A stretch of DNA of 63,998 nucleotides, counting the filler, from Neolecta irregularis DAH-3 (taxonomy: Eukaryota): NCBI GenBank assembly GCA_001929475.1. It is 7 parts of 7 records of this genome, joined end to end, with 100 filler letters (N's around TTAATTAATTAA, not from the genome) between each part and the next. Parts side by side here need not be neighbours in the genome. Positions count along the whole stretch, not along the records: positions 7,654 to 37,464 come from LXFE01001372.1; 6 more parts are not named here. One strand, 5' to 3'. The position numbers were made by a program, and so were the translations under genes. The notes beneath the pieces were generated by a model. The model was not told the origin of the DNA. It searched no databases and saw only the letters and a program-made list of their open reading frames with translations. Position 1 is the first letter of the stretch. Each line of letters begins with the position of its first letter. Below are positions 10,006-23,231 of the stretch, piece after piece.

Positions 10006-11994
10006 TTACAAATCGCCAAGCATTTCTCCAACATCTGCAAAACCACGAACCCAGAACCACCCAGTTCCATATAATATCTCAAGCACATCTTTATTCAACT
10101 TTCGTTCGAATCGCAGTTTTTGAATGACTTCGCATACGGACGCTTCTTCCCCAAGGAATTCTCGCGCTTTTCCAGTTCGGAGTATTTGGTAAGCCTTGTC
10201 TACAACTCGCCAGGTTTCCTCATCTTTGGAGTTTTCAGCAGTAAGATGAAGACACGAAATGACGGTCGCTATCAGTGCATTTTTGGTCATCCAAGAAAAA
10301 CCAAACCAATGCCATCTGAGAAATTCTGCAGCACGGGGTCCACAAGCGATGATGATAGACTTCATACTTCTGACGGCAGCCTGTTTGGCCAACATTTTTG
10401 AATCTGTGGATCGATTAATGAACGGAAGGTGAAGAAATAGCTCTAGTCGTGCAATTGCTGCTTCGACTGTAAGGTTGCGCCAGAGAATTGCTGGATCTGC
10501 CTCCGACTCGTTTACAAGGACACTATGCGGAATGTTGTGACCAAAATCTCGAATTTGAGAATCGAGACGCATAATTTTGGCTTGTGTGGCACGTCGACGA
10601 CTAGACACTGTTTGATGAACCGTTGCATACAGAAACATCATATGACCGATGCTTTTTGCAAATTCAAATCGAGAATGGTCGAGGACAGAAACTCCGTCAT
10701 ATTTTGGATCGTATGTTGGTGGTTGAGTGTCAAACTCATCAAGGTCCATATGTAGAGGAAGGCTTTGATTCCATGAAGACATACTTTCGAGTTAATAAAA
10801 TCAATGAGAAGAGTGTCATACGCATCTATTATCAGAATGGAGGTCCATAACCGTCTCCGATGCTCACATTCGAGCGGTGGAAATTCCCAGTACGACGGAT
10901 CTCGATGTAAACTTCTAGTCAGTGATAGGCACTCAAAGCCATACCCCAAACTATGAGCCATTGTAACGAGGATCCCAGCATTTACATAGCTTTTTGCTGC
11001 AAATTCAGGACAGGAGTGGATAGCATCATACATGGTGTCAACAGATCAAAATTCATGCTGTTCACTACTAGTGCCTGGACAGCTCGCAGGTCGAAATGTT
11101 CTAAGTAGTCACCCATGCGAAGACAATTTTCCGCTGCATTGCAGAGATTCACTCGGTAATCACAAAGAGGTATTCCTATAATTGCAGACAATGTAGTAAT
11201 AATGGGATTTCCATTGTCATAGACTTGAAGTGTAGCAGAAAGAACACCAAAAAGCAACGCTACGAAGAACGGCTCAACGTACTGACCCGTCCAAAATGCT
11301 TTGTACTCCTCAATGAAATTCGGAGGAAGATAGAAGTGACAAAATACATCAACTCTGAGATAACGAGAGATCAGAGCATCTGAGAGATCTTGTGGAGGCA
11401 GGAAGCGCAAAATCATATCAGAAAACGTTGCAATAGGTAATACTCGACGAGTCGCAGGTGAAGAGTTTAAATGATTGGCAAATAACGGAGGATGCATATC
11501 TCCGACAACATTTCGGTCTTGCCGGATCTAAAATTACACATTAGATCCTAAGATCTATGCGTGATGACCATACAACGGCAGGTCCGACTCGCGGGAAAAT
11601 AATATCTCCCCGGTATCGCTGATTTCCGTTTTGTACATCCATTCTACCAAAAAATTCGCACAGCTCTTCTGTTTCCGAGGGACTTATCGATCTGGGAGTT
11701 GCATTGTCATCGAGCGATTCTCCCAACCGAGCGAGCTTCTCCTCAGCCCGAGCAAGCTTAACGGCCAGTTGTTCATTGTCCTGAACCACAACAGAGCTAA
11801 AAAATCTAGTCAGTGGGAAAAATGAGAAGCAGAAACAAGTACAGATCGGTGTAGATACACTCCACGCGGCGCTTCCCGCATGGATCACATGGGAAGGTTC
11901 TGTCGCATTTGATCTTGCGCTGGCGGCACCTTTGACATGAATGAACTGCCCGGTGTCTCCGAAGGTAAGGATTAGGAGGTATCAAAGTTGCCAT
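10006..11994 (-). CDS. Zn2Cys6 binuclear-cluster transcription factor with Fungal_trans domain
   Basis: SCQRCRQRKIKCDRTFPCDPCGKRRVECIY at the N-terminus and AHSLG|LHRDP..ECEHRRRLW in the middle region. Several short introns. Confidence 0.9.
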
Positions 11995-13058
11995 GTTATC
12001 ACTGGAATCCAAAAAAGATTGAAGATCAATGGTGAGAAGGTCAAAGGTTTTTATGACAACGAAGGATTCTTCCGACCGTTCGACTTTTAATATACGCAAC
12101 AGCACAAGTCTGCCTCGATCAAATGGATGCGTGACTAAATGAGAGTAGACGCTGACGAAACTTGTTAGGGTAATTAGAAACTTCGACACCTGGCTTCTTG
12201 GAAAATTCCAAAGCCCGTGATTTAGAAATTGTTGTACAACCCCGTTAGATCAAGCGGCTGGGCATTCGCCGAGTCTCTGGCTACCGTCTCTTTTGCCAAT
12301 GAAGGTCCCTTTTTCGTTTGTCTGGTTTGAGAAGCGCCATATATTTTTACAGGTGAGTTAACCATGTACAGGACTTATTTCGTACAAGGATGCCGAAATC
12401 GATGAGTTGGAGCTTTTGCTGATAGCGAGGGTGTCATTCAAGGATTGACCTCGATCTACTCGCTTAGAAATCATTTAACCAATAACTAGGCTTCGTAGCG
12501 CGATAAGGGTATTTGGTAATGAGTCTGTCGCCAATTCTCGGCTCTCCTGTGATACTTAACTACAAATCGTGCGAATAGAAAACTAGGCCCGCGGGCTCCG
12601 TCTCACAGAAATAAGAGACTTTTTCAGATATCGTCATTGTGGTAATAACGACCGCAACATAGCGAAGCAGGCCCAGAAACTTGGCACCAAATATGAGATG
12701 ATAAGGCTCATTCGAATATTCTGAAATGTGTTTATAAAAAGGTCTATTGACGGATCCCGCAAGCCGAGCAAGAAATGCTCTGAGGTTCAAGACAAGAAAT
12801 AAGTCTGGCTGGCCATAGCTACTGTTACTTGGCCCATGCAAATCTAACAAAATCCATCTCTGCGCCATCGATGTCTGGACTAGACTTGCAGATGCAATTA
12901 TGCCGTTTTATATGGATAAACCCATTGGTCAAATGTATATGCCAAGACTAATCCAGATATTTTCAAGGTATAGTTTTCGATATAAAGCAAAGACGAAGCC
13001 TGGGGTTGCAGTGCAATTTGCGATTTCCGGGCGTCTGCACTTTAAAGTACCGCAAGAT

Positions 13059-13064
13059 CACGTG
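13059..13064. promoter_or_regulatory. TCACGTG E-box (Cbf1/bHLH-type) about 50 nt upstream of ATG; also at 21297, 27609, 52998 and 56384
   Basis: The same motif lies 49, 52, 47, 52 and 50 nt from five start codons. Confidence 0.55.
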
Positions 13065-13113
13065 CATTTTCTCTCCACATTTTTTAAAACCAAACACCCA
13101 GAAAACCAGAAAA

Positions 13114-15097
13114 ATGCTGATTGAACTGGACGTTAGCCACTTCAACCTGGTCATTTCTGTACTCGGCGGCTTTGTTCTTTTGTTCGGCTTGTTTTCGTAT
13201 GTCATTAAAGAAAGACTATATCTTTCAGAAGCGTGTATACATTCAACCCTGAAAACTGGTTTTTGTCTGACAAGTACAGTGGTAGCTTTGATCGTTGGCA
13301 TTGCATTTGGGCCTCGTGGTGCCGGGCTTATTACGCCAGATGATTGGGTTGGAGAAACGGAGGCAGTAACGTTGGCATTTGCGAGACTTGTTCTGGGGGT
13401 TCAGTATTTTCACTTATCTGAGTCCTTTATCTAATCGATAAGATTGGTTCTTGCGGGTGTTCAACTACCTTCCAAATACCTTCAACGACAATGGAAATCG
13501 CTATTCATGCTACTTATTCGTAAACATATCCCAATGTTAATTCAACTAACCCTAGCCATTATGTCTGGCATGTGGATAATCTCATCCACAATTGTGTACC
13601 TCCTTGTTCCTGGCCTGTCATATGTGATTGCTTTCTTTCAACGTCTTCTTATCTACTTAGCTGCAAGCACTTTGTATCGGTGCTTGCGTCACTCCAACAG
13701 ATCCCGTCTTGTCAAACTCGATAGTAAAAGGAAAATTCGCAGAAAATTACGTCCCCCCACATCTTCGAAATATCATCGTTGGAGAATCCGGCGCAAATGA
13801 CGGCTTTGGATACCCATTCTTATTCATCGCTATATATTCTATGAAGTCAAATTTCCTTTCACTTTTAAGGCTTCGGCTGACTTTAGTGTAGATATAACGC
13901 GGGTGAAACCGTCAAGCACTTCTTTGTAAATACTCTTCTTTATGTTATCCTGCTTAGTTGCCTTTATGGAGCTTTGGTGGGTTGGTTGGCCAAGGAGTTG
14001 CTGCACGTTGCAGAGGCAAAGTAGTAGGCCTCATAGGATATTTGCTAATATTTCCAGGAAATGGATCGATAAGGAATCTTTCCTTGTCTTTTCCCTCGCA
14101 TTGGCTTTATTTATTCTTGGGACGTGTGGTATGCTTGGTTCTGATGATCTTCTTTCCTGTTTTGTTGGTATGCTTCATATAATGCCATTAATTAAGTGCA
14201 ATCAGCTGGGAATACGTTTACATGGGATGACTGGTTCCGAAAAGAAACCGAAGACGAATCGCTTCAATCGTCAGTTGATATGCTTCTCAATATATCAATT
14301 TTCGTCTATATCGGAGCCATACTGCCTTGGGATCTCTTTGTTGCGCCGGTCCAACTGTGGAGATACTTAGTGCTTTCGGCTCTCATATTAATATTTCGCC
14401 GACTGCCACTGATCATGGCATTTCGCCGTTTCATCCCCGCCATCATGACGAATAGGGAAGGACTTTTTGCGGGTCACTTTGGTCCGATTGGGGTTGGTGC
14501 AATTTTCTACGCAGGTATTGCTCTAGAGCAATTTACCGAAAGTTGGGCAAGGGAGATTCTTGCACCAGGTAGATCACATTGTCTAGTGACTCTGATATCC
14601 AAGTTGTTTATTTTATCGTGTTAAGTAGCGTTTTAATTCACGGCATTACTGTTCCGGTCATCAAGGTATCACAGGTTACACATCCTTCCTAATTAACGTT
14701 TTAGCTCGGCTCCAGAATTGAATTTTCGACTATAGATTTCAGAAATTTCACGATAAGCAGAGCTTCGACATTTCAAGTTTCTTCGACCAACATTGCGGCT
14801 CGAGTTGAAAGTGATACGACATTGGCAGCTCGTGTCCGGCAATCTGATATCGAAAGCCAGATTAGGAAACCATTGACTGTGCAAATTCAAGATCCAAGAC
14901 CATACAGTGGAGGTACATTAGAACAAGCACCAAGTGCCTCACAACTACCTCACACCTCACCTCCTGAAAATCCCCCGGAAGCCCCCAGCGTGCAGCCACG
15001 AAACAGAAACCTAGGCAATCTACGGGCATACAAAGAGGGTGACCAGACCATCATTGAAGATCATGACGGTGGACATGCAAAAGTTTATGATGCATGA
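13114..15097 (+). CDS. NHA1: Plasma-membrane Na+(K+)/H+ antiporter (Nha1/Sod2, CPA1 family)
   Basis: GLFSYVIKERLYLSEA, AGVQLPSKYL, TPTDPVLSNSIVKGKFA, ESGANDGFGYPF, GSDDLL, FTWDDWF and GHFGPIGVGA across about ten exons. Confidence 0.9.
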
Positions 15098-15705
15098 GAA
15101 GTGATTCATCTTGTGGTGGTATTAAATTGGACAGTATAGCATCCTCATTTTTTAGAGTTCAGACATTAACATTCCAATTGTGCATTCCTGAATCCTTGTA
15201 ATGACAGTACTAGATTATAGAAAAATTCGCTCTTTGGAGATAAACACTCCAAAAGCTAAATTATCCAGTCAGATTGACAGCAGTAGTATTCCATAATGGC
15301 ATTCAGACAGTATTCCATTCACACCAGTTTCCAAGTCATTCATCATTCCCTGCAGTCAAACAAAGTACATGGCTCACAATATAAACCCTCATCATTTTTC
15401 ACATTTTACAGTGAAAAAGGATAAAAGTTGGCATAATTTCGACAGCTCCAAGAAACAGTGCAACTCTTGGGCCATCAGTGGAAAGCACCATAGCAAGCCA
15501 GAGGGTACTCCCCAGATTCCAAAAACAAGTTAGATCGAATCGCCTCGCGTGGAGGCGTGAAAGTCGACCAAACTTTCAAGAACAGATACTACACTTGATC
15601 TAAGCCAAAAGGCAAAGAAAAGCTGGAGACAAGAACGGCGGGTCTTGCTTTCTTTTATACCGCCCCACCCACGGAAAAACAAATATAGTCCGTCAATTAA
15701 TGGCC

Positions 15706-15712
15706 TGACTCA
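15706..15712 (+). promoter_or_regulatory. Gcn4/CpcA-type site TGACTCA upstream of HIS7
   Basis: Perfect TGACTCA about 180 nt before the ATG of a histidine biosynthesis gene, with a second TGACTC at about 15805. Confidence 0.4.
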
Positions 15713-15891
15713 ACTCCCAAATTTACCAACAATCACACCCACGATAGCATGTATTAAATTAATGATATGTATATGTATAATCTGTCAAATATGAATAATA
15801 TCTTTGACTCTCCAAACATTATATATTTCATTGCGCTGGCTAGGACTGATAACTTCAAAATTTTACTCTCCCCGAAAATTTCCATTTCCCC

Positions 15892-17577
15892 ATGACAACT
15901 CTCCATATTCTTGATTGTGCAGCTGGAAATACCAGGTCGCTTGTAAATGCAGTCGAAAAGCTCAATTGGAAAGTAAAATGGGTTCAGTCGCCTGCAGATC
16001 TTCAAGTCGCAGAGGTATCTTTTGCCCTATCATATTTTCCAACGCCGATATCCTTAGAGACTTTTGTTTCCTGGCGTTGGTCATTTCGGACATGTTATGA
16101 ATATCCTTGAGAAAGGCGGATATGTTAATCCTTTGAAAGCCTACTTATGCTCTGGGAGGCCGTTTATGGGGATTTGCGTTGGATTACAAGCTCTCTTTGA
16201 AGAAAGTGAGGAGGCACCAGGGATCAAAGGTCTCGGATTCTGCCGCGGGCGAGTTTCTCGATTTGATCATTCTGAAAAGTACCCATATCAAGTTCTCATT
16301 TGCTTATAATTAGATCAGTACCACATATGGGATGGAACTCTGCGATTTCACGGAACGGCAAGTCAATATACGGACTTGACCTTAATCGAAAATACTATTA
16401 CACCCATTCTTATCGAGTTTCATCCAAAGAATCAGATTGGCCTGGATGGGAAATTGCAACTGGAAACTATGGATCTGAAGAATTCATCGGTGCAATTGCA
16501 AAAGACAATATATTTGCAACTCAATTCCATCCCGAGAAATCCGGGGATGCAGGGCTTGAAATCCTTAATGCTTTTCTCAACGGATCATTTTATACCCCAC
16601 AAACCAACATCCAGCTTTCAATTCCTTCGGGTCTGACGAACCGGATTATCGCTTGTCTGGACGTCCGATCAAATGATGAGGGGGACCTTGTAGTAACAAA
16701 AGGTGATCAATATGATGTCCGCTCAAAAGAGTCCGGAAATGTACGCAACCTGGGGGAACCAATCGAATTGGCTGAACGATACTATGCTTGCGGTGCCGAT
16801 GAGATTTGTTTCTTAAATATCACTTCATTTCGAAATTGTCCGCTTACTGATCAACCAATGCTTAAGGTCCTTAGAGAAGTAGCAAAAACAGTATTTGTGC
16901 CAATGACTGTTGGCGGCGGGATTCGAGATACCGTTGATCCTGATGGCACAAAGCATTCTGCATTAGAAGTCGTTGATCTCTACTTCAAAAGCGGGGCCGA
17001 GAAAGTGAGTATTGGAAGTGATGCGGTTTATGCCGTTGAAAGATATCTTGAAAGAGGCTGCTTCTTAGATGGATCGAGTACCATTGAGCAGATATCAAAG
17101 GCCTATGGAAGTCAAGCTGTTGTTGTCTCGATTGATCCTAAACGAATATACGTCTCGAATCCCAGTATTACAACCCACCACACGATCAAGACTGCATTTC
17201 CGGGCCCCAATGGGGAAGAATACGTCTGGTATGAGTGCACCGTCTCGGGTGGTCGCGAATCCCGTGATATTGATGTTAATCAACTCTCTACTATTGTCGA
17301 AAAGCATGGTGCTGGAGAAATTCTGTTGAACTGTATGGATAAAGATGGAAGCAACTCTGGATACGATATTGAACTTGCACGGGACGTAAAAAATGCGGTA
17401 AAAATACCTGTTATCGCATCCAGCGGAGCAGGTAAACCAGAGCATTTTGAAGAGGTTTTTAAAGAGTCAAGAGTCGATGCTGCACTTGCTGCGGGAATAT
17501 TTCATCATGGTGTTTGTGGAATTATGGACGTTAAGAAATTTTTATACGATAGAGGAATGTTGATCAGAATGGCGTAG
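15892..17577 (+). CDS. HIS7: Imidazole glycerol phosphate synthase HisHF
   Basis: GATase motifs [17 protein letters not shown] and QFHPEKSG, fused to cyclase motifs [19 protein letters not shown] and IASSGAG. Confidence 0.96.
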
Positions 17578-17877
17578 AGTGCTACAGTGGTTGGAACTTT
17601 GGTAAAAATGTTAATCGCATTAATAATTGTAAAAATAATCCAGCTTGATATAGTCAGCAACAATCTTTCAGAGGCAAAAAATTACTTACACTTGGAATAT
17701 CACTGTAGGGTCAAACAGTAATATCTGTTATCGCGATATTAAAGAAGATTTGATGAGGATCACCACAATGATCCTCTTAGCTACATGCAATATGAATTAT
17801 TATGGACAGAAGAATTTCAAAACTAAAAGAAATACAAAAAGCACTGTCCATCTAACCAAACTCTACAAAGCGATGTT

Positions 17878-20841
17878 CTACTCTTCAGATTTAGTCTTTG
17901 ACGATGTCGAATTTCGTGTAATGTAGAAGGAACGACTGAGCCAAGTTTCATAACTAGCTTCTTGCGTTGGATCGCCCATAATCTTCAATGCCTTTAGAAG
18001 GAATTTATACCGACCATTTGGAACTGTATTTTCGTTGTTGTACTTACCTTCAAAAATAATATTGCTTCGGTCACCAAATCCATCTCTCGAGAGATAACGT
18101 TGAGGAAACCCATGAATCGATTTTCCTCGCTTGGATTTCGAAGTAGCGATGACATCACCTCGTTTTGATAAGAGGTGATCCGAGGAATCGTTTGTGATAG
18201 GGACAAGTTTAATGTCCAGAAGAGCTGTTCCCAGAATATTCCTCCACCAAACAATCGGTTTGTCATCTTTATCAAGAGTGAATACTTCATCGTCTTTAAT
18301 CGATACTATGTCATTGCTTGAGCGAGATACATCAGGATATCCATCCCTATCGAGGACTTGAGCTTTGCTCATATCTTGAGCAACCCCCATATAGGGGATA
18401 TGAAACTCTTCAGAATTGCTGGCCAAAACTTGAACAAAGCCGGAATAAACTGGAACTCGAGTATGATCAAGATTCTTGGGTTCCTGTATCGAAACTGTGA
18501 TGATACCGTGATCTCTTGGATCTACCCAGATCGACTTTGGGTATACAGAGACTTGAGCTGGTGCATTGATGAGTTCTAGAGGAAAAGCCTGAAGATCAAC
18601 TGAATCGTTGCCTAATGCATAGACAGTGACAGCCGGTTGACTGCCAAAGGTATACTTGACACCAGAATCTCCAAGATTCCAGATCGATATATCAACACTG
18701 CCAGTGAATCTAGCAGTATCATTCAAATGAATGAATCCCGGGTGGATCCTGGTCGTCTGATAGACGACATTGAGGGCATTGACAAGACCACCTCCTTGCT
18801 GGATAGTTGGCGCTAGCTTAACGTCAAAATAAAGTAAAGAAACAAACTCATACGTAATTGGAGGTTGTCATTCCATCATTGAAGTTTAGAGGGATACCAT
18901 TTGTAGACATTACGTCCCTCAGATCCCGCGCAGAAATACTAGTTCGACCATGATATGAGAGATAAAGAGCAGCAACGCCAGCAAGATAAGGTGTCGCCAT
19001 CGAAGTTCCAGAGAGGACTGCATAACCACCTTTCTTCAAAGGATAAGTAGAGAATATGTTTCCACCTGGAGCAGAGATATGAGGTTGATTATATGTTTCA
19101 AAAGTTGGTCCCCATGTCGAGAATACAGACATTTTACCACCGCTTTGAGTATCATGAATATCGAGGGGTTGGGGATTGGTAACAAACGTCAGTGTAACAG
19201 TGTTAGTACCGTTTTTCATTGCTTTAAGGAGACTGGCTCCATCTTTAGCCGTGATCATAGCAGCTGAAGATGATCAGAAGGCATTAATAAGGGTAATATA
19301 CTCGGTAAAGTATCAACTTCAGGATACAGAATTTGACACTCGTTATTGTAGTAACTAAAATCTCAGAGGGATTATAGAGGGTGATGCATACATGAGTTTA
19401 TTGGCACCTTTCGCTTTAAAGTTTTCGGCTTTCTGTGTAAAAGGACAAGTTCCTCTTCCAACGAGAACAATGTATTTTGACAAGTCGGGAGTGTTTTCGG
19501 GAAGTGGATCACAGCCGTCGTCGACTTTTGAGGAGTTTCTTGAAGCTACAAAGATGGGGAAAGTTCCAGTAATTTCAAAGGGCTTGATTTGAAGATAGGG
19601 CTATTGTTGACACAAAATACAATACACCGGTCGTACCAAGACTGTAAGATTCCCTGCACCACCGACTTGAGCAGGCCAACTGAAAAGCATATCAGAATCA
19701 ACGCTAAAGATTAGCTTCAAAGGTTGATTGGTAAGAAAAATGCCTTCCAACAGCGGTAACTCCATCACCGCAAGCTCCAGTCGAACCATAATAAGCGCCT
19801 TCTGAACCATCATTTCCAGCAGCAATTGAAACACTACAGGTTAGCATACATTAATTGTATGGAGCCTTACAACACGCCTCTGTCAACCAACCTTGAGGCC
19901 ACAACAGCCCAAGCATCCTCTGACCATCCAGATGGTCCACCAACAGATGCGCTGATGATATCGGCGCCTGCATCAGCTGCTTCTTGAAAGGCTTGAATTA
20001 GGATGTCGCTTTGCGTTGTACCTTTGCAACCAAAGACTTTCCAACCACCGAGACGAACTTTTGGAGATACTCCTGTGAAACTATGGTTTTAATTTTACAG
20101 AAAAGATGGGAGATGAACCTCTTGTCGTTTGCAGCAAGAATACCAGAAACGTGGGTACCATGACCCCCACAATCGAGTATGTCATTACCTGGCACTGGGT
20201 CGTTATCCCCCGTATATTTGTCACCAACAAGATCTCTGCCTGTAAACACGAGGCATCCGGAGCCAAAGCAGCCCCCAAGAGCGGGATGCGTATAGTCAAT
20301 ACCTGTAAGGAATTAGCATATACTTTTCAACATAGACCATATATGCCTGTATCTACCACCGCAACAAACACACCATCCCCCAGCACTCCATGGTCATGAA
20401 GTTTGTTGACGCCAGTCATTATGTGAGGACCGAAGCGATCTTTCTTCGGGACCTCGTTGGGAGAATTCACGAGTTCTACCTTCACAGGCTTTGGCTGAGA
20501 ATAGCGTTTCACATGCCACATTCGAACGACATGTGGGAACTCTCTGATGATATCTGCCTTATGTTTATCTTCAATCTTGAAAGATGTTCCGTGGAAGAGA
20601 TCACTGGTGAAATTATGGCGTGATTGGATTTGGATACCGGAGACATTTATTGAATTGTAGAAGTCCGAATGGGCATCCTGCATTTAACTCATTAGATGTC
20701 TAGAGGGCAAACGCTTGTGGAATCTCGCTTGTGCTTCCCAGTGGGTTTGAGCTCGACGATGTAACTGTTAGGGACAATATTATCATGCACAGAAAAGACA
20801 CCTGCCAAAGAGGACAAGACCAAGAGCGAGATGCCCTTCAT
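17878..20841 (-). CDS. Secreted subtilisin-like S8 serine protease with PA and Fn3-like domains (Vpr-type)
   Basis: Signal peptide MKGISLLVLSSLAG, triad motifs VAVVDTG, GHGTHVSG and SGTSMATP, plus TIQQGGGLVNA and RVPVYSGFV. Confidence 0.9.
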
Positions 20842-21354
20842 GGTAGACAATAGAATGGAGGTGAAAAAGACGAACGACAAGGCAAGAGCAGGGAAGATAC
20901 ACGGACTTTATGCAGATTCTTAATCAACCGAGGGGTAGCTACGAACACGGATCTTGTGAGAGACATGAGGATCATCTAAAGGCGGAACACGACAAGTGAG
21001 ACATGGGATTACATTTCCCCAGCTAATCAAGTTCTTTAATGATCGTCAAATGTGGGGATTCACCCCGGCAGGTCACCCATGAAGATTCCCGCGGCTCCTA
21101 TTACTGATCGTGCTTTTGCCGAAAAGCGGGGTCTGTAGATGCGTGTTATTCAAATTAAGCCGAGGGAATCCAGACGCACTGCATAAACGAGATTTGCAGG
21201 TGCATCTATGGGATTTTTCTGAAATTCATTGGTGGAGAGCCGGAAACACCGGTAGCGTTCCTCGGAACGCCACTTGCCATATCTGGCCTGATTTGTCACG
21301 TGCAGGACGCGTCATGGCAAATCGCCGCTCGAATTTGTCCATTCGATAACAAAC

Positions 21355-23231
21355 ATGCGATGGAACTGTATGGCGATAGTTGATTCGTCACTATTGGCAG
21401 ACAAGATTGTGCTTCCTTCGAGTATACTAAACACCATAATGACAGAGCTAAACATCTTTCATCCGCTCACTTTTCGTCTTCAGGCTGGGGAAAAGACATT
21501 ATTTTCTGGAGTAAGGGACTTTACTGCACAGGCACCACAATCTACATTGTTCTGTGCTGATCTTCCAGGAAGGAGAGGCCAGAATACCCCATTGGATCTC
21601 GAGATCTCTAAATGTAAAAGACGGCGATATTATTTCAGTGAGCCTCGAGGAACTGCCAAAGGGCGAAAAAGTTGTACTCGCGCCTCTCGGAGAACAGCAA
21701 CCTAGTGACTGGAGGTAGGTTTAAACCGTAGAATTTGCTGAGCCATAGTGCACTTCTTGAATCACAGCTACGTTCATTCACAACGCTAACAAAAGGCGAA
21801 GTCATCGAGATATCATGCTCTACCGGTCCAATGAAAGTCCTTATCAAATCTCTCGAACCCGAGAATGCTGTCACTATCATCGACACTGACCTTGAAACTG
21901 ATGTCGAATACATGACATCTGCTGCAATCACGAAAGAAGACGAAGTTGTCAACATGCAACTTGATCAAAGTCTCCGCGGTAAGGTTGACGAAAACCAATA
22001 CCGGTATTTCGAACTAGAGTCATGGAATCGAGAAAAGCCGTTAATCTGGACTTTAGACATCGAGAAAGGCGATGCAGGTACGTCTCATGCCTTTAAGCCT
22101 TGCTTTTGACATTAGATATCCTTATCTCAACATCCTCTAAACCCACAATTGATAATCATGTCTGGTCGACATATACCGGGCCGATCGAAATAAATTCTAC
22201 AAATAATGCATTGACTTCTGCTACAACGCTTCACATGTCCATCTACGGTTTTCGTTCTTCAGTATTTATTGTATCCGTGACTCAATTTTCCCCTCAAAAA
22301 GATACACACGAGGGAAGAATACAATGTTCAAATTGTAAAGCTTGGGTTCCCCCAAACTCAATGCTTCTTCACTCAAATTTTTGTTCGAGAAATATCATCC
22401 GTTGCAAATGCGGGGATATTATTAAAAGCAGTGAAATGCCTGAACATTGGCATTGCGATATATGCAACGGCCACGGAATGGGACCTCTTTCCAAAGAAAA
22501 GCACATATGGGTATTTCATATTTCGAGGACCTGCACCTGCTTTGCAGAATTTGCCTCTCTTCCTCAGTTATCACAACATAAACACACAGCCTGTCCAGAG
22601 AAAGCGATCACATGGTATATTTCATGGCCTAACAGGGCTGACTACTAGTCGATACTGCCACCTCCTGGTACCCCAAGGTGACCTGTCGACTCTCCCTCAA
22701 CATACTCTCTTATCATCTCTGACACCTCACGAAGTGTCATGCGGCTCGCGAACAACAAATTGTTCCATTTGCAATAAATTAGTAACGCTCTCAGATCTCA
22801 ATGTACATACTCAACTTCATGTTTTACAACAAAGATCCATGTCAAAATGCAGGAATTCGAATTGCTGTCGAGATCCTGCAGAAAATCCTTACAGACTCTG
22901 TGCAATGTGCTTCGGACCGCTTTGGAGTCCGATCCTTGATACTGATGGGACAAAATTGAGGAGTAGAATTGAAAGAAGACTGGTTCTGCAGTTGGTTCGT
23001 GGTTGTGGACGTAAGAATTGCAGAAATTCAGTATAATCTCTGATATTTGGAACTTGCTGATGTCGATAGCTTTGTGCTACGGCCATTGGAACATCTCTTC
23101 CTACGAAAGAGGCAAACGAGATGGCAAAACCTATTGTGGAGAATCTAGGGGATGAAACCATCGACCTACCATTCTGTGTTGACGAAACAACGCAAAAGAA
23201 AATGGATGTTCATAAAGACGCGGCTATATAG
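21355..23231 (+). CDS. UFD1-domain protein with Cys/His zinc-finger repeats
   Basis: DKIVLPSSIL, HPLTFRL, GVRDFTAQ|EGE, ALLESQLRSFTTLTKG, IIDTDLETDV, several CxxC/H fingers and GCGRKNCRN. The 3' end is approximate. Confidence 0.8.
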
